A stretch of 64,000 nucleotides of DNA from positions 12,893 through 76,892 of the forward strand of contig RFSE01000004.1 of assembly GCA_009924135.1 (NCBI GenBank), given 5' to 3'. The notes under the pieces are model-generated. The model saw nothing but the letters and a program-made list of their open reading frames with translations. It made no database searches and was not told the DNA's origin. Below, one piece after another: positions 36,593 through 45,835 of this stretch. This DNA is from Pseudomonadota bacterium. GTDB taxonomy: Bacteria; Verrucomicrobiota; Verrucomicrobiia; Limisphaerales; SXTU01. Position 1 is the stretch's first letter. Each line of letters begins with the position of its first letter. The translations under genes and the position numbers were made by a program.

Positions 36593-37249
36593 TCAAGCTT
36601 CGATGCAATACCCTTGCCCGCGGCGGGTGGTGATGAGGTCGCGGCCCAGCTTCTTCCGGATGCTGAAGATGTGGACATCCAGGAGGTTGGAAAGCGTGTC
36701 CTCGTTTTCGTCAAACAAGTGTTCATACAGGGCGGACCGGGTGACCACTTCGCCCCGGTGCAGGGCCAGGTATTCGAGGATGGCAAACTCCCGGGCCGTC
36801 AGCGTGACCGCCACACCGGCCCGCGACACCAAGCGGGTCGGAAGGTTGATGACCACATCACCCAGGATCAGCTCCGGCTTGGGCTGGCCATTGGAGCGGC
36901 GAATCAACGCCCGCACCCGCGCAAGCAGTTCCGCCAGGTCAAAGGGCTTCACCAGATAGTCGTCCGCGCCGGTATCCAGCCCGCGCACCCGGTCACTGCT
37001 GCTGTCGCGTGCGGTCAGCAGCAGTACCGGTGTGCGTTTCGTCGCCCGAAGCTGTGCCAGAACTCCCCAGCCGTCCAATTTGGGCAGCATCACGTCCAGG
37101 ACGATGGCATCGTAGTCGTGGTCCGCCGCCTTCAAGGCCCCATCATCGCCATCACTTGCTGTGTCCACGGCATAGCCTTCTTCACGCAGGGCCTTGGCCA
37201 GGTTGCGCTGGAGACGTGGTTCGTCTTCGATCACCAGGATTCTCATCAT
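36593..37249 (-). CDS. OmpR-family response regulator
   Basis: REC domain (MMRILVIEDE...DVMLPKLDG) plus a winged-helix C-terminus (LTAREFAILEYL...TRRGQGY). Confidence 0.9.
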   Translation of the reverse strand: MMRILVIEDEPRLQRNLAKALREEGYAVDTASDGDDGALKAADHDYDAIVLDVMLPKLDGWGVLAQLRATKRTPVLLLTARDSSSDRVRGLDTGADDYLVKPFDLAELLARVRALIRRSNGQPKPELILGDVVINLPTRLVSRAGVAVTLTAREFAILEYLALHRGEVVTRSALYEHLFDENEDTLSNLLDVHIFSIRKKLGRDLITTRRGQGYCIEA

Positions 37250-37313
37250 CAGGTTGTGCCGGCCGGGGTCTGTACTGTCACCGGATTTTGTACCGCGTGC
37301 TTTACGCGACTAG

Positions 37314-38621
37314 TCATGGTGTGACGGCTCGGTAGAATCGCTGCGAAGGCACCGGAGAGACAAGATAATCAGAGAAAGCATACGTGCCACTCGTGCCTAC
37401 GACGTGGGTCAGGTCGGTCCAGTTTTTAAGGTCGCCCGAAGCTTGAATCCGATAGTTGACGGAGTTGGTCAGCACAACGTTTACCGTGAATCCGTCTGAG
37501 AGGATGGTTGCCACCGTCTGCCCAAGCGTGGTTGAGAGCGTAACCACGGGCGGGACCACGGTTGCCATGCGGATCAAGTTGTTGTTGCTGTCGGCGACAT
37601 ACAGGTTTCCATTGCTTCCCACCGCGATGCCCGTTGGTCGGTTGAAGCCCGCCGCCGTACCGACTCCATCACCGCTGGAGAGATTGGGATTGCCGCCCAA
37701 GGTGGTCACCACTCCCGCCGAGGTGATCTTGCGAATGGCGTTGTTGTAGGTGTCGCCGACGTAAACATTGCCGGTGGCATCCACCGCCACGCCAATGGGA
37801 TAGTAAAACTGGGCCGCTTGTCCGGTGCCATCGATGAAACCGCGTTGCTGGGGTTTGCCCGCCAGCGTGGATACAACTCCGCCGGGCGTCACCTTGCGGA
37901 TGCTGGAGTTCAAGCAGTCCGCCACGTACAGGTTGCCTGCGAGATCCAAAGCCGCCCCCTGCGGGCTGTTGAATCGCGCGTTGCTGCCAGTGGCATCGGC
38001 GACGCCCGTGTTCTGCGGGTAGCCCGCGAGCGTGGTCACCACACCATATCCCGAGACGACGCGGACCGTGTGGTTGCCGCTGTCCACCACATAAATATTG
38101 TTTCCATTCCGGTCCACGGCAATTCCGTTTGGCTTGTTGAAATAGGCGTAATAGCCCGTTCCGTCCGAACTGCCGGCATAGCCCGGGTAGCCAGCCAGGG
38201 TGGAAACGTAACCTCCCGGCGTGATAACCCGGATGGTGTGGTTGAACGTGTCGGTCACATAGACATTACCGGCTCCGTCCACCGCGACGCCCTCTGGATA
38301 GTAGAACGACGCGGCACTTCCCCGTCCGTCGGCCGAACCAGCACTGCCGCTGCCCGCGAATACCGACACCGTGCCTGCCGGAGTGACCTTTCGAATCACA
38401 TGATTGTAGGTGTCCGCCACATAAACATTGGTCGAGCCATCCACCGCGACGCCGATAGGACCGTAGAGACCGGTACTGCTGCTCACCAGGGTCGAGAAGG
38501 AGTAGGTTTGCGCCCTCAGTTCGGACCAGACACCAAGGAGGAGGAAGAAGGCCGAGACTCCACCGAGTGAGAATGCCCCGAACTGCGAGCGGAATTGGGA
38601 GGGAATTTTTGAAAATTGCAT
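37314..38621 (-). CDS. NHL-repeat beta-propeller protein with C-terminal beta-sandwich (..RFYRAV) domain
   Basis: Six units of the type P-x-GVAVD-x-GN-(V/L)YVAD-x-N-x-IRK(V/I)T. Has a signal/TM at the N-terminus. Confidence 0.8.
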   Translation of the reverse strand: MQFSKIPSQFRSQFGAFSLGGVSAFFLLLGVWSELRAQTYSFSTLVSSSTGLYGPIGVAVDGSTNVYVADTYNHVIRKVTPAGTVSVFAGSGSAGSADGRGSAASFYYPEGVAVDGAGNVYVTDTFNHTIRVITPGGYVSTLAGYPGYAGSSDGTGYYAYFNKPNGIAVDRNGNNIYVVDSGNHTVRVVSGYGVVTTLAGYPQNTGVADATGSNARFNSPQGAALDLAGNLYVADCLNSSIRKVTPGGVVSTLAGKPQQRGFIDGTGQAAQFYYPIGVAVDATGNVYVGDTYNNAIRKITSAGVVTTLGGNPNLSSGDGVGTAAGFNRPTGIAVGSNGNLYVADSNNNLIRMATVVPPVVTLSTTLGQTVATILSDGFTVNVVLTNSVNYRIQASGDLKNWTDLTHVVGTSGTYAFSDYLVSPVPSQRFYRAVTP

Positions 38622-38660
38622 GCGCGTGTGCTTGTTGAGCGGAGGCAGGGTAGCACGGCA

Positions 38661-38799
38661 GCATTAAGATAAGATTAAGCCTGCAATCACGTTGCCAACG
38701 CAGGCAACCCGGCGGCAGCATCTGGCCGGCATTTCGTTTGCCGGCGCTGGTGAACGCGGAACGAGGCGGCTTCATTTTCGCTTAACCTCACCTTAATGC
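38661..38799. repeat. Inverted repeat GCATTAAGATAAGATTAAGC / GCTTAACCTCACCTTAATGC around a structured spacer
   Basis: 17 of 20 positions are complementary by my hand alignment. The arms use the same TAAGATTA-type low-complexity sequence as 17325-17420. Confidence 0.5.
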
Positions 38800-38901
38800 G
38801 AGCCATGCCAAAGTAGCGGCATGAGAAGCACAACGCATCTCCTACCGCGCAGACTCACCGTGATCGGCCGGTCATTCGTGGTTAACTGAAACTGACATAT
38901 C

Positions 38902-39492
38902 ATGAAAGCACACCCCAAGTTCGGCATCATTGGCACGCTCGCGGTCGCCATACCGCTCGCCCTCGGAACCCTCGGCGCACTCGCGACGGCGCTCACGCTC
39001 ACCCTCGGCACCGGTCAGTTACGTGCCCAGGAACCACCTGAGCTAGGACGCTTTAACCCGGAGCAGATGCGCGAGCAAATCATGGAAAGGCTCCGCGAAC
39101 TTTTTGAAGTGAAAGGCGACGTGGAATGGAAGCTGATTGCCGCGCGGCTCCAGAAAGTGATGGAGGCCAGCCGAGCGCTGGGCCGGCCGGAAGCAGGTCC
39201 AGCCTTCGGCGCTGGGAGGCCGGGTGGCTTCGGAGCCGGCCAAGGCGGGGTGTTCCCGCCCATGGGCCGCGCCCCTGCCGGATTCGGAATGCGGCCCGAT
39301 CCCGAGGCGGAGGCATTGCAGAAAGCGCTCGAAGCCAAGGCGTCCACCGAAGACATCAAACGCAAGCTCGCAGCTTTGCGCGACGCACGGCTTGCCAAAG
39401 AAGCTGAACTGGCCAAGGCGCAGGAGGCATTTCGCGAGGTGCTCAGCGTGCGGCAGGAGGCCATCGCCGTATCAGCGGGGCTGCTGAAATGA
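38902..39492 (+). CDS. Hypothetical secreted helical protein
   Basis: 196 aa with a signal/TM segment. Charged helical segments (RFNPEQMREQIMERLRELF..., ...KLAALRDARLAKEAELAKAQEAFREVL) flank a Gly/Pro-rich middle. Confidence 0.55.
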   Translation: MKAHPKFGIIGTLAVAIPLALGTLGALATALTLTLGTGQLRAQEPPELGRFNPEQMREQIMERLRELFEVKGDVEWKLIAARLQKVMEASRALGRPEAGPAFGAGRPGGFGAGQGGVFPPMGRAPAGFGMRPDPEAEALQKALEAKASTEDIKRKLAALRDARLAKEAELAKAQEAFREVLSVRQEAIAVSAGLLK

Positions 39493-39566
39493 CCGGGGTG
39501 CTCGCGGCTGTTATCGATAGCGATCCAACTGGCGGCTGCGGTGCCGGCATCACCCAAACTCCGACC

Positions 39567-41156
39567 ATGCGCACGCGCCACTTTGGCATCCTTCCGCTGT
39601 TCGCCGCGCTCGTCACTGTTGCAGACGTACAAGCGGAGCCATCACCGGCTGAAACTGGTTACCCGGCGCGTGTCGTCACGGAAGCAGCATCCGTGACCGC
39701 CAAGGTTTTGCGGTTGAACTTTCGCAGCGTGGCGCTGGAGCAGGTACTTGATTACCTCGGCGAAGCCGCCGGGTTCATCATCATTCCCAAAACCGAAATT
39801 GGCGGGCGCGTGACGGTTTGGTGCGAGGAACTGCTCACCCGCGAGGAGGCGTTGACCGTGCTGCACTCCGCACTGGCCCACAACGGGCTTGGAATGATCC
39901 GCGCCGGACGCACGCTGACCATCGTGCGACTTGATGAAGCAAGCCGGCACGCTATGCCGGTCCGGCGCGGTGGCAACCCGGAGGCCATCACGCCCACCGG
40001 TGATCTCGTCACCCAGATCATCCCCGTGAAGTACATCAATGCCCAACAACTGATCGCAAATCTCGGGCCGCTTTTGAGAACCACTTCCGGGCTCAGTGCG
40101 AACGAAGGGGCGAACGCGCTCGTGCTCACTGACACGCAGTCCAGCGTTCGGCGCATTGTGGAGATCGTAAAAGCGTTGGACACACCGCTGCTCATCTTCT
40201 CCACCGTAAAAGTTTTCGCGCTCAAGTTCGCGGACGCCAAGCTGCTTGCTTCGGTACTCAAAGACTTGTTCGCGCCGCAGGATGGTGTCCGGAATGGCTC
40301 CGGTGGGGCCCAGATTCAACAGTCCTTCACTGACGGACCCGGTGGATTCAGTGGCGGGCCGGGCGGCTTTGGTCCCGGCGCCTTCGGCAATGATGGCAAT
40401 GGTGACATCGGCTTCCGCAACAGTGGCTCCGGGCGCGTCGCCAAACCGCGGGTCGTCGCCGCGGCGGACGAGCCGAGCAACACGCTCATTGTCACCGCCC
40501 CTGACGAGCAGATGCCGCTCATCGAAAACCTGCTCCGGCAGGTGGACGTGCCTGACCGTGACGTCGCGGAACTGCGCGTGTTCAAGCTCCAATATGCGCA
40601 CCCGGAGGACCTGGCAGAGGTGTTGAAAACCCTGTTCCCAGATACGACAAGCGGCGGCGGGAATAACTGGAGTGATCCACAGTTTCCCAGCCCGTTTGGA
40701 GATTCTCTCGGGGTCGGACCAAACGGCGGAAACTCTGGTCCTGGTGAAAGCGGAGGTGCGGCTCCTGACGCCGGCGGACGCCGGCTCAAACAGGGCCGCG
40801 TCAATGTCGTGGCGGACCTGCGCACCAGTTCACTGCTCGTCAGCGCAACTCCGGTCTTGATGGGACAAATCGTCGGCATCGTCACCAAGCTTGACTCCGA
40901 CCCGGCTCGCAAGCTGAAGACCTTTATCATTCCCATTGAGAACAGCGACCCGGCGCAGATTCAAACGATCCTCAAAGGACTCTTCCCCGCCCTGAACGGC
41001 AGCGGATCAGCGTCGCGACAGAGCACGAGCGTCAACGGCACGGCCACGCGAACCACGACGATTCCCGGCGCGCAAGGCACGGGGAACAGCGGGTTCGGCT
41101 CGACGGGGGGCAATGCCGGCAGCGGTGCGAACGGTTCAGGCACAGGTGGACGCTGA
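39567..41156 (+). CDS. Secretin-N (GspD N0/N1-like) domain protein lacking a C-terminal secretin pore domain
   Basis: ATG at 39567 gives a signal peptide. LNFRSVALEQVLDYLGEAAGFIII..., IIPVKYINAQQLIANL...LVLTDTQSSVRRIVEIVKALD and VFKLQYAHPEDLAEVLKTLF are secretin-N repeats. The tail is Gly/Ser/Asn-rich. Confidence 0.65.
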   Translation: MRTRHFGILPLFAALVTVADVQAEPSPAETGYPARVVTEAASVTAKVLRLNFRSVALEQVLDYLGEAAGFIIIPKTEIGGRVTVWCEELLTREEALTVLHSALAHNGLGMIRAGRTLTIVRLDEASRHAMPVRRGGNPEAITPTGDLVTQIIPVKYINAQQLIANLGPLLRTTSGLSANEGANALVLTDTQSSVRRIVEIVKALDTPLLIFSTVKVFALKFADAKLLASVLKDLFAPQDGVRNGSGGAQIQQSFTDGPGGFSGGPGGFGPGAFGNDGNGDIGFRNSGSGRVAKPRVVAAADEPSNTLIVTAPDEQMPLIENLLRQVDVPDRDVAELRVFKLQYAHPEDLAEVLKTLFPDTTSGGGNNWSDPQFPSPFGDSLGVGPNGGNSGPGESGGAAPDAGGRRLKQGRVNVVADLRTSSLLVSATPVLMGQIVGIVTKLDSDPARKLKTFIIPIENSDPAQIQTILKGLFPALNGSGSASRQSTSVNGTATRTTTIPGAQGTGNSGFGSTGGNAGSGANGSGTGGR

Positions 41157-41341
41157 ACGGAGCGTCAGCGCTGGAGCGCGGCGTTCACACCGCAGAAGGC
41201 TTGGCTGGGATAGTGCGCTTCGAAGCTCGCGGAACCCCGTACGCTTTTGCGGCCCGAAGGCCGCGCGCCGCGCCGTTGGTTTCCGACGACTTCGGAGTTC
41301 GGGCTGAGAAGATTGAATCTATCGGGAAACGTGTCGGCAAC

Positions 41342-42712
41342 TCACGATGAAGCGTGCGATTTCAGCAGATAGGCACGGAAGGCTTCATAGTCCGCACCCA
41401 TGTGGTCGTAATCCTCCGGCTGATGCAAACCGGTGTTCATGGCAGCGGGGACGTCCGGAGCCCAGCCGACGACCTTCTCCACTTCCTCGGGGAACTTGGC
41501 GGGGTTCGCCGTCTCGATAATGACGGCGGGCGTGGAGCCGATGGACTCGGCGGCGCACCAGTCGAGGAAGCCCTGCCACGCCACGACCCCATGCGGCTCG
41601 AGCAGGATTTGATACTTGTTCCAAAAGTCCCGCAGCGACGTGCGCGTACGCTCATCGGTGATGGAGGTGGAGAAGACATCGCGGCGCATCGCCACGAGGT
41701 CGGGCGGCCGGTGAATCTTGCCGGTCTCGTCCATCTGGCCACCGTAAACGGCCACGAGGCGGGCGAGGTTGCTGGGATGGCCCACATTCATCGCGTTGGA
41801 GACGGAGTTGCGCGAGGGGGAGATCTTTTCGTAAACGCCGCTGTGGAGGTAGCGCGGGAAGGAGTCGTTGTCGTTGACCGAGGCGATGATTTTCCGCACG
41901 GGCAGGCCCATCTCGCGCGCGACCACGGCGCCCATCATGTCGCCGAAGTTGCCGCTGGGAATGGAGAAGACGATGGGTTCACCGGGCCGTGCGAGGCGCG
42001 AGGCGGCGTAGAAGTAGTAAACGCTCTGCGGCAGGAGCCGGCCGATGTTGATGGAGTTGGCGGAGGACAGGTGGATGTGCGCCAGCGCAGGGTCGGTGAA
42101 CGCACGTTTGACCATCGCCTGGCAGTCGTCGAACTTGCCGTCCACGGCCACGGTGCGGACGTTCTCCTTGAGCGTGGTCATGAGCTTGCGCTGGCTCTCG
42201 CTGACCTCGGCGAGCGGGAAGAGGACGATGACCCGCACCCCGGGAATCTCATGGAAGGCATGTGCGACGGCCGCGCCGGTATCACCGCTGGTGGCCGTGA
42301 GGATGGTGACCTCGCGATGTTCCTCCTTCAGGAACCGGCCAAACATCTGCGCCATCATCTGGGCCGCGAAATCCTTGAAAGACGCCGTGGGGCCCTGATC
42401 CAGGCGCATCAGGTAGATGCCGCGCTGAATGACCTCCAGCGGGACGCCAAAGTCATACGCCTTGCGGCACATCTCGGCGAGGGCGTCGTCGGGAATGATG
42501 CCCTCGGTGAATTTGCGGAGCACGCGGAAGGCGACTTCGCGATACGGCAGCTCGGCGAACTCGGCGATTTCCAACGACGTGAGCTGCGGGAAGCGCTCGG
42601 GCAGATACAGGCCGCGATCCGGGGCCTGCCCGGCGAGGAAGGCTTCCCGGAGGTTGACGGCGGGGGACTGGCCGTTGGTGCTGCGAAACAAAAGCGCGCT
42701 CATCTTACTCAA
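41342..42712 (-). CDS. thrC: Threonine synthase
   Basis: 456 aa. Contains the PLP-lysine motif TASFKDFAAQ and the N-terminus ...GLYLPERFP, typical of the long ThrC form. Confidence 0.9.
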   Translation of the reverse strand: MSKMSALLFRSTNGQSPAVNLREAFLAGQAPDRGLYLPERFPQLTSLEIAEFAELPYREVAFRVLRKFTEGIIPDDALAEMCRKAYDFGVPLEVIQRGIYLMRLDQGPTASFKDFAAQMMAQMFGRFLKEEHREVTILTATSGDTGAAVAHAFHEIPGVRVIVLFPLAEVSESQRKLMTTLKENVRTVAVDGKFDDCQAMVKRAFTDPALAHIHLSSANSINIGRLLPQSVYYFYAASRLARPGEPIVFSIPSGNFGDMMGAVVAREMGLPVRKIIASVNDNDSFPRYLHSGVYEKISPSRNSVSNAMNVGHPSNLARLVAVYGGQMDETGKIHRPPDLVAMRRDVFSTSITDERTRTSLRDFWNKYQILLEPHGVVAWQGFLDWCAAESIGSTPAVIIETANPAKFPEEVEKVVGWAPDVPAAMNTGLHQPEDYDHMGADYEAFRAYLLKSHASS

Positions 42713-44072
42713 AGCTTTCTACCCGGATCATGACGGGGGCTGATTTTACAACCGGCAGTTTGGCAATCGCCGACAGCGCGCGTTTCATCGCGGCGTTCGG
42801 TGCGTCGTGGATCATCAGGATGACCGGGACGGTTTCCCCGGCATGGCCCTCCGGCTGGATGATGGAAGAGATGCCGATCTTCGCCTTCGCCAGAATGTCC
42901 GCGATCTTCGCGAACACTCCGGGCCGGTCCTCGACGGTCAGCCGCACGTAATAGCGGGAGACCACGTCATCCATGGGCAGGACCGCGCCGTCGCGCTCGT
43001 GCGGGATGAACGGCGGGATGCGGTTTTTGGTGCCGCACTTGAGGTCCAGCGCGGCATCTGCGAGATCGCTCAAGACCGCGCTGGCCGTGGCGTCCTGGCC
43101 CGCGCCGCGCCCGTAGTAAAGCGTGTCGCCCACGACATCGCCGCGCACATAGACGGCGTTGAAGACGCCGTTGACGTTGGCGAGGACGTGGGAGTTGGGG
43201 ACGAGTGCGGGATAGACGCTGACTTGAATTGCGAATTGCGAATTGCGAATTGCGAATTTGGTACCGCGCGCCGGCCGCCCATTCCCCATTCGCAACTCGC
43301 CATTCGACATTGTCTTTACGCAACCCAGCAAACGGATCGTATAGCCCAGCTTCGCGGCAAACTCGATGTCCTGCTTCGTGATGTTGCGGATGCCCTCGGT
43401 GTAAATCTGCTTCGGGTTCACCCAGAAACCGTGCGCGAGGCTGGCGAGAATGCCGGTCTTGTGCGCCGCGTCGTGGCCGTCGATGTCCAAGTCCGGCGGC
43501 GTTTCCGCGTAGCCCAGACGCTGGGCGTCGGCGAGCACGGCGTCGAAGTCCGCGCCCTCATCCTTCATGCGCGAGAGGATGTAGTTGCATGTGCCGTTGA
43601 CGATGCCGAAGAGCCGGGTGATGCGGTTGCCGATCAAGCCTTCGCGCAGCACCTTGATGATCGGGATGCCGCCCGCCACGCTCGCCTCGTAATACAGGTT
43701 CGTCCCGTGCTGCTGGGCTGCGGCGAACAGTTCTTCGCCGTGCGCGGAGAGCAAGGCCTTGTTCGCGGTGACGACGGGCTTGCCGAGTTTGAGCGCCGCG
43801 AGCACGACCTGCCGGGCGGTGGTGGTGCCACCCATCAACTCGACGACTAGGTTCACCTCGGGGTCCGCAACGACGCTCTGCCAGTCCGTGGTGAGCAGCC
43901 CGGCCGGGATGTTCACCGCGCGGGCTTTCTTCAAATCGCGCACGGCGACGCGCGCGATGGTCAACGACACGCCAAGACGCGACGCCATCAAAGCGCCGTT
44001 TCGCCGGATGGCTTCGTAAACGCCGCCACCGACGGTGCCGCCACCAATCATGCCCAGATTCACCTGCCGCAT
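42705..44072 (-). CDS. hom: Homoserine dehydrogenase (with an about 25-30-aa repeat-derived insertion) plus ACT domain
   Basis: GMIGGGTVGGGV, NAVYVRGDVVGDTLYYGRGAGQDATASAVLSDL, and a C-terminal ACT domain. There is an 8-nt overlap with thrC. Confidence 0.9.
   Translation of the reverse strand: MRQVNLGMIGGGTVGGGVYEAIRRNGALMASRLGVSLTIARVAVRDLKKARAVNIPAGLLTTDWQSVVADPEVNLVVELMGGTTTARQVVLAALKLGKPVVTANKALLSAHGEELFAAAQQHGTNLYYEASVAGGIPIIKVLREGLIGNRITRLFGIVNGTCNYILSRMKDEGADFDAVLADAQRLGYAETPPDLDIDGHDAAHKTGILASLAHGFWVNPKQIYTEGIRNITKQDIEFAAKLGYTIRLLGCVKTMSNGELRMGNGRPARGTKFAIRNSQFAIQVSVYPALVPNSHVLANVNGVFNAVYVRGDVVGDTLYYGRGAGQDATASAVLSDLADAALDLKCGTKNRIPPFIPHERDGAVLPMDDVVSRYYVRLTVEDRPGVFAKIADILAKAKIGISSIIQPEGHAGETVPVILMIHDAPNAAMKRALSAIAKLPVVKSAPVMIRVESFE
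43224..43312. repeat. Intragenic tandem-heptamer hairpin element (GAATTGC x4 / spacer / degenerate complement)
   Basis: Four perfect GAATTGC units at 43226-43253, a 20-nt GC spacer, then ATTCCCC ATTCGCA ACTCGCC ATTCGAC at 43281-43308. Confidence 0.85.
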
Positions 44073-44179
44073 AGGGCGCGGAGACTATGCGATGGCGGCG
44101 GCCAGACAATTCCTTTTTGACCTTTGGGATTCCTCATTTCGCTGCTGACGAGGCCGCCGCCCTGGGTTTCACTGCCCGC

Positions 44180-45334
44180 ATGAAGCCTCGCCTTACCCGC
44201 CGCAACGTCATGAAAGGCACCGTCGCCTTTGCCGCCTACGCCTTCTCGCAGGTGCCCATGTCCGTCTTTGGCTTCGCCGAGTTGGAAGAAGGGGCGACGC
44301 TGGTGCCGTTTCTCTCGCCGCAGTTGCGCAATCCCAACCGCCCCATGATCCAGTGGGACGAACTGACCAACTGGGTCACGCCCAACGAACAGGTTTACGT
44401 CGTCAGCCATTACAACAAGCCCGAACTCAAGGCCGACGAGTGGAAGCTGGAAATTGGCGGCATGGTCGAGCGGCCGGTGACCCTCACGCTCGCCGAGCTG
44501 AAGCAGCGGTCCAAGCAGGAGATCATGGCCACACTCGAATGCGGTGGGAACGGGGCCAGCGCGTCGTTCATGGGGGCGGTGGCCAACGTCCGCTGGACTG
44601 GCACGCCCCTGGCGCCGCTGCTCCGTGAGCGCGGCCTGCTCAAACGCGGCACGGAAGTCCTCTTCTTCGGCGCGGATGAAAAATCCGAAAAGGTGCGCGA
44701 GCAGGACTTTGACATGCGCTTCTCCCGCAGCCTTTCCCTCCCGGACGCGCTTCAGGACAAGGTGCTGCTGTGCTGGGAAATGAACGGCCTGCCGCTACCC
44801 CGCGAGCACGGCTTCCCGCTGCGCCTCGTCGTGCCCGGCTGGTACGGCATCGCCTGGGTGAAATGGCTCACGCGCATCGAAGTGCTCGACCGCCGGCTCA
44901 TGAGCAAATACATGGCCCGCGAATACGTGACCATTCGCGGCGAGACGCAAAACGGCAAAACCCTCTGGCGGGAAACCTCCGTGAGCTGGATGAATGTTAA
45001 GAGCGTCGTGGCCCGCGTGGCGAAGCTGAAGAACGGCACCCTCCGCGTCAGCGGTGCGGCCTGGAGTGATGGCACCCCGATCAAGTCGGTGGAACTCAAG
45101 CTGGACGACGGCGCATGGCAGTCCGTGAAGCTCGATACGGCCAACCGCGCGGAATACTCGTGGACGTTCTGGTCCTTCGACCTGCCGGAAGTCCCCGCCG
45201 GTGAACACACCCTCGTGTCCCGCGCCACCGATGCCGACGGCCGCGTGCAACCCGCCGCCGACGACCCCACGATCAAGCTCAAGAAGACTTACTGGGAAGC
45301 CAACCAGCAGTGGACGCGCAAGATCAAGGTTTAG
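44180..45334 (+). CDS. Molybdopterin-dependent oxidoreductase (sulfite-oxidase family, with dimerisation domain)
   Basis: ATG at 44180 gives the Tat-like MKPRLTRRNVMKGTVAFAAYAF. LECGGNGASASF, FPLRLVVPGWYG and a C-terminal Ig-like dimerisation domain are present. Confidence 0.8.
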   Translation: MKPRLTRRNVMKGTVAFAAYAFSQVPMSVFGFAELEEGATLVPFLSPQLRNPNRPMIQWDELTNWVTPNEQVYVVSHYNKPELKADEWKLEIGGMVERPVTLTLAELKQRSKQEIMATLECGGNGASASFMGAVANVRWTGTPLAPLLRERGLLKRGTEVLFFGADEKSEKVREQDFDMRFSRSLSLPDALQDKVLLCWEMNGLPLPREHGFPLRLVVPGWYGIAWVKWLTRIEVLDRRLMSKYMAREYVTIRGETQNGKTLWRETSVSWMNVKSVVARVAKLKNGTLRVSGAAWSDGTPIKSVELKLDDGAWQSVKLDTANRAEYSWTFWSFDLPEVPAGEHTLVSRATDADGRVQPAADDPTIKLKKTYWEANQQWTRKIKV

Positions 45335-45387
45335 ACTTTTGAGGCGGCCGGAAACGGGTGCGCTGCCGGGTTGCAAATTCGCGAAAA

Positions 45388-45415
45388 TTGACACACATTC
45401 TTGTGCGGGTATATT
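45388..45415 (+). promoter_or_regulatory. Candidate sigma-70-type promoter of the ars operon
   Basis: TTGACA (45388-45393), a 16-nt spacer, then TATATT (45410-45415), 12 nt upstream of the arsR ATG. Confidence 0.4.
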
Positions 45416-45427
45416 CCCGCAACGGGT

Positions 45428-45835
45428 ATGAAGCCGCCGCACCTCATCGAAGTTTACAACTGTCTCTGCGACGAGACCCGGCTGCGCATCGTCCACCTGC
45501 TCGCGCAGTCGCCGCTCTGTGTCTGCCACCTTCAGGACATCCTGGGACTGACGCAGGTGGGGGCTTCGAAGCACCTCGCCTATCTGCGCCAGCGCGGGCT
45601 CGTGCAATCGCAGCGGCATGAACAGTGGATGATCTACTCGCTGCCCGCCGAACGGCCCCGCGAACTGGACTGGCAGTTGCGCTGCCTGCAGGACTGCCTG
45701 CCCACGCACCCGGTGTTCCGTGATGACCTCCGCGAGCTGAAGACCCGGCAGGCGGACTGCTGCTGGGTGGCCGACGTGGCCGTCACGCCGGCCCGATCCC
45801 GCCCCCTTTCCAAAACCAAACGCACTGTCAAATGA
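45428..45835 (+). CDS. arsR: ArsR/SmtB-family metalloregulator
   Basis: ATG at 45428 gives ...[45 protein letters not shown], containing the CVC metal site and a wHTH. Confidence 0.85.
   Translation: MKPPHLIEVYNCLCDETRLRIVHLLAQSPLCVCHLQDILGLTQVGASKHLAYLRQRGLVQSQRHEQWMIYSLPAERPRELDWQLRCLQDCLPTHPVFRDDLRELKTRQADCCWVADVAVTPARSRPLSKTKRTVK

Noticed and set aside
35690-37324. 544-aa plus-strand ORF spanning the histidine kinase and response regulator genes
   Set aside because: It is antisense to two well-supported genes and crosses their boundary. The sequence is low-complexity and Arg/Gly/Pro-rich.
41354-42733. 459-aa plus-strand ORF antisense to thrC
   Set aside because: It is the GC-rich antisense shadow of a gene with clear ThrC motifs. 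Its composition is dominated by G, R, A, V, D and H.
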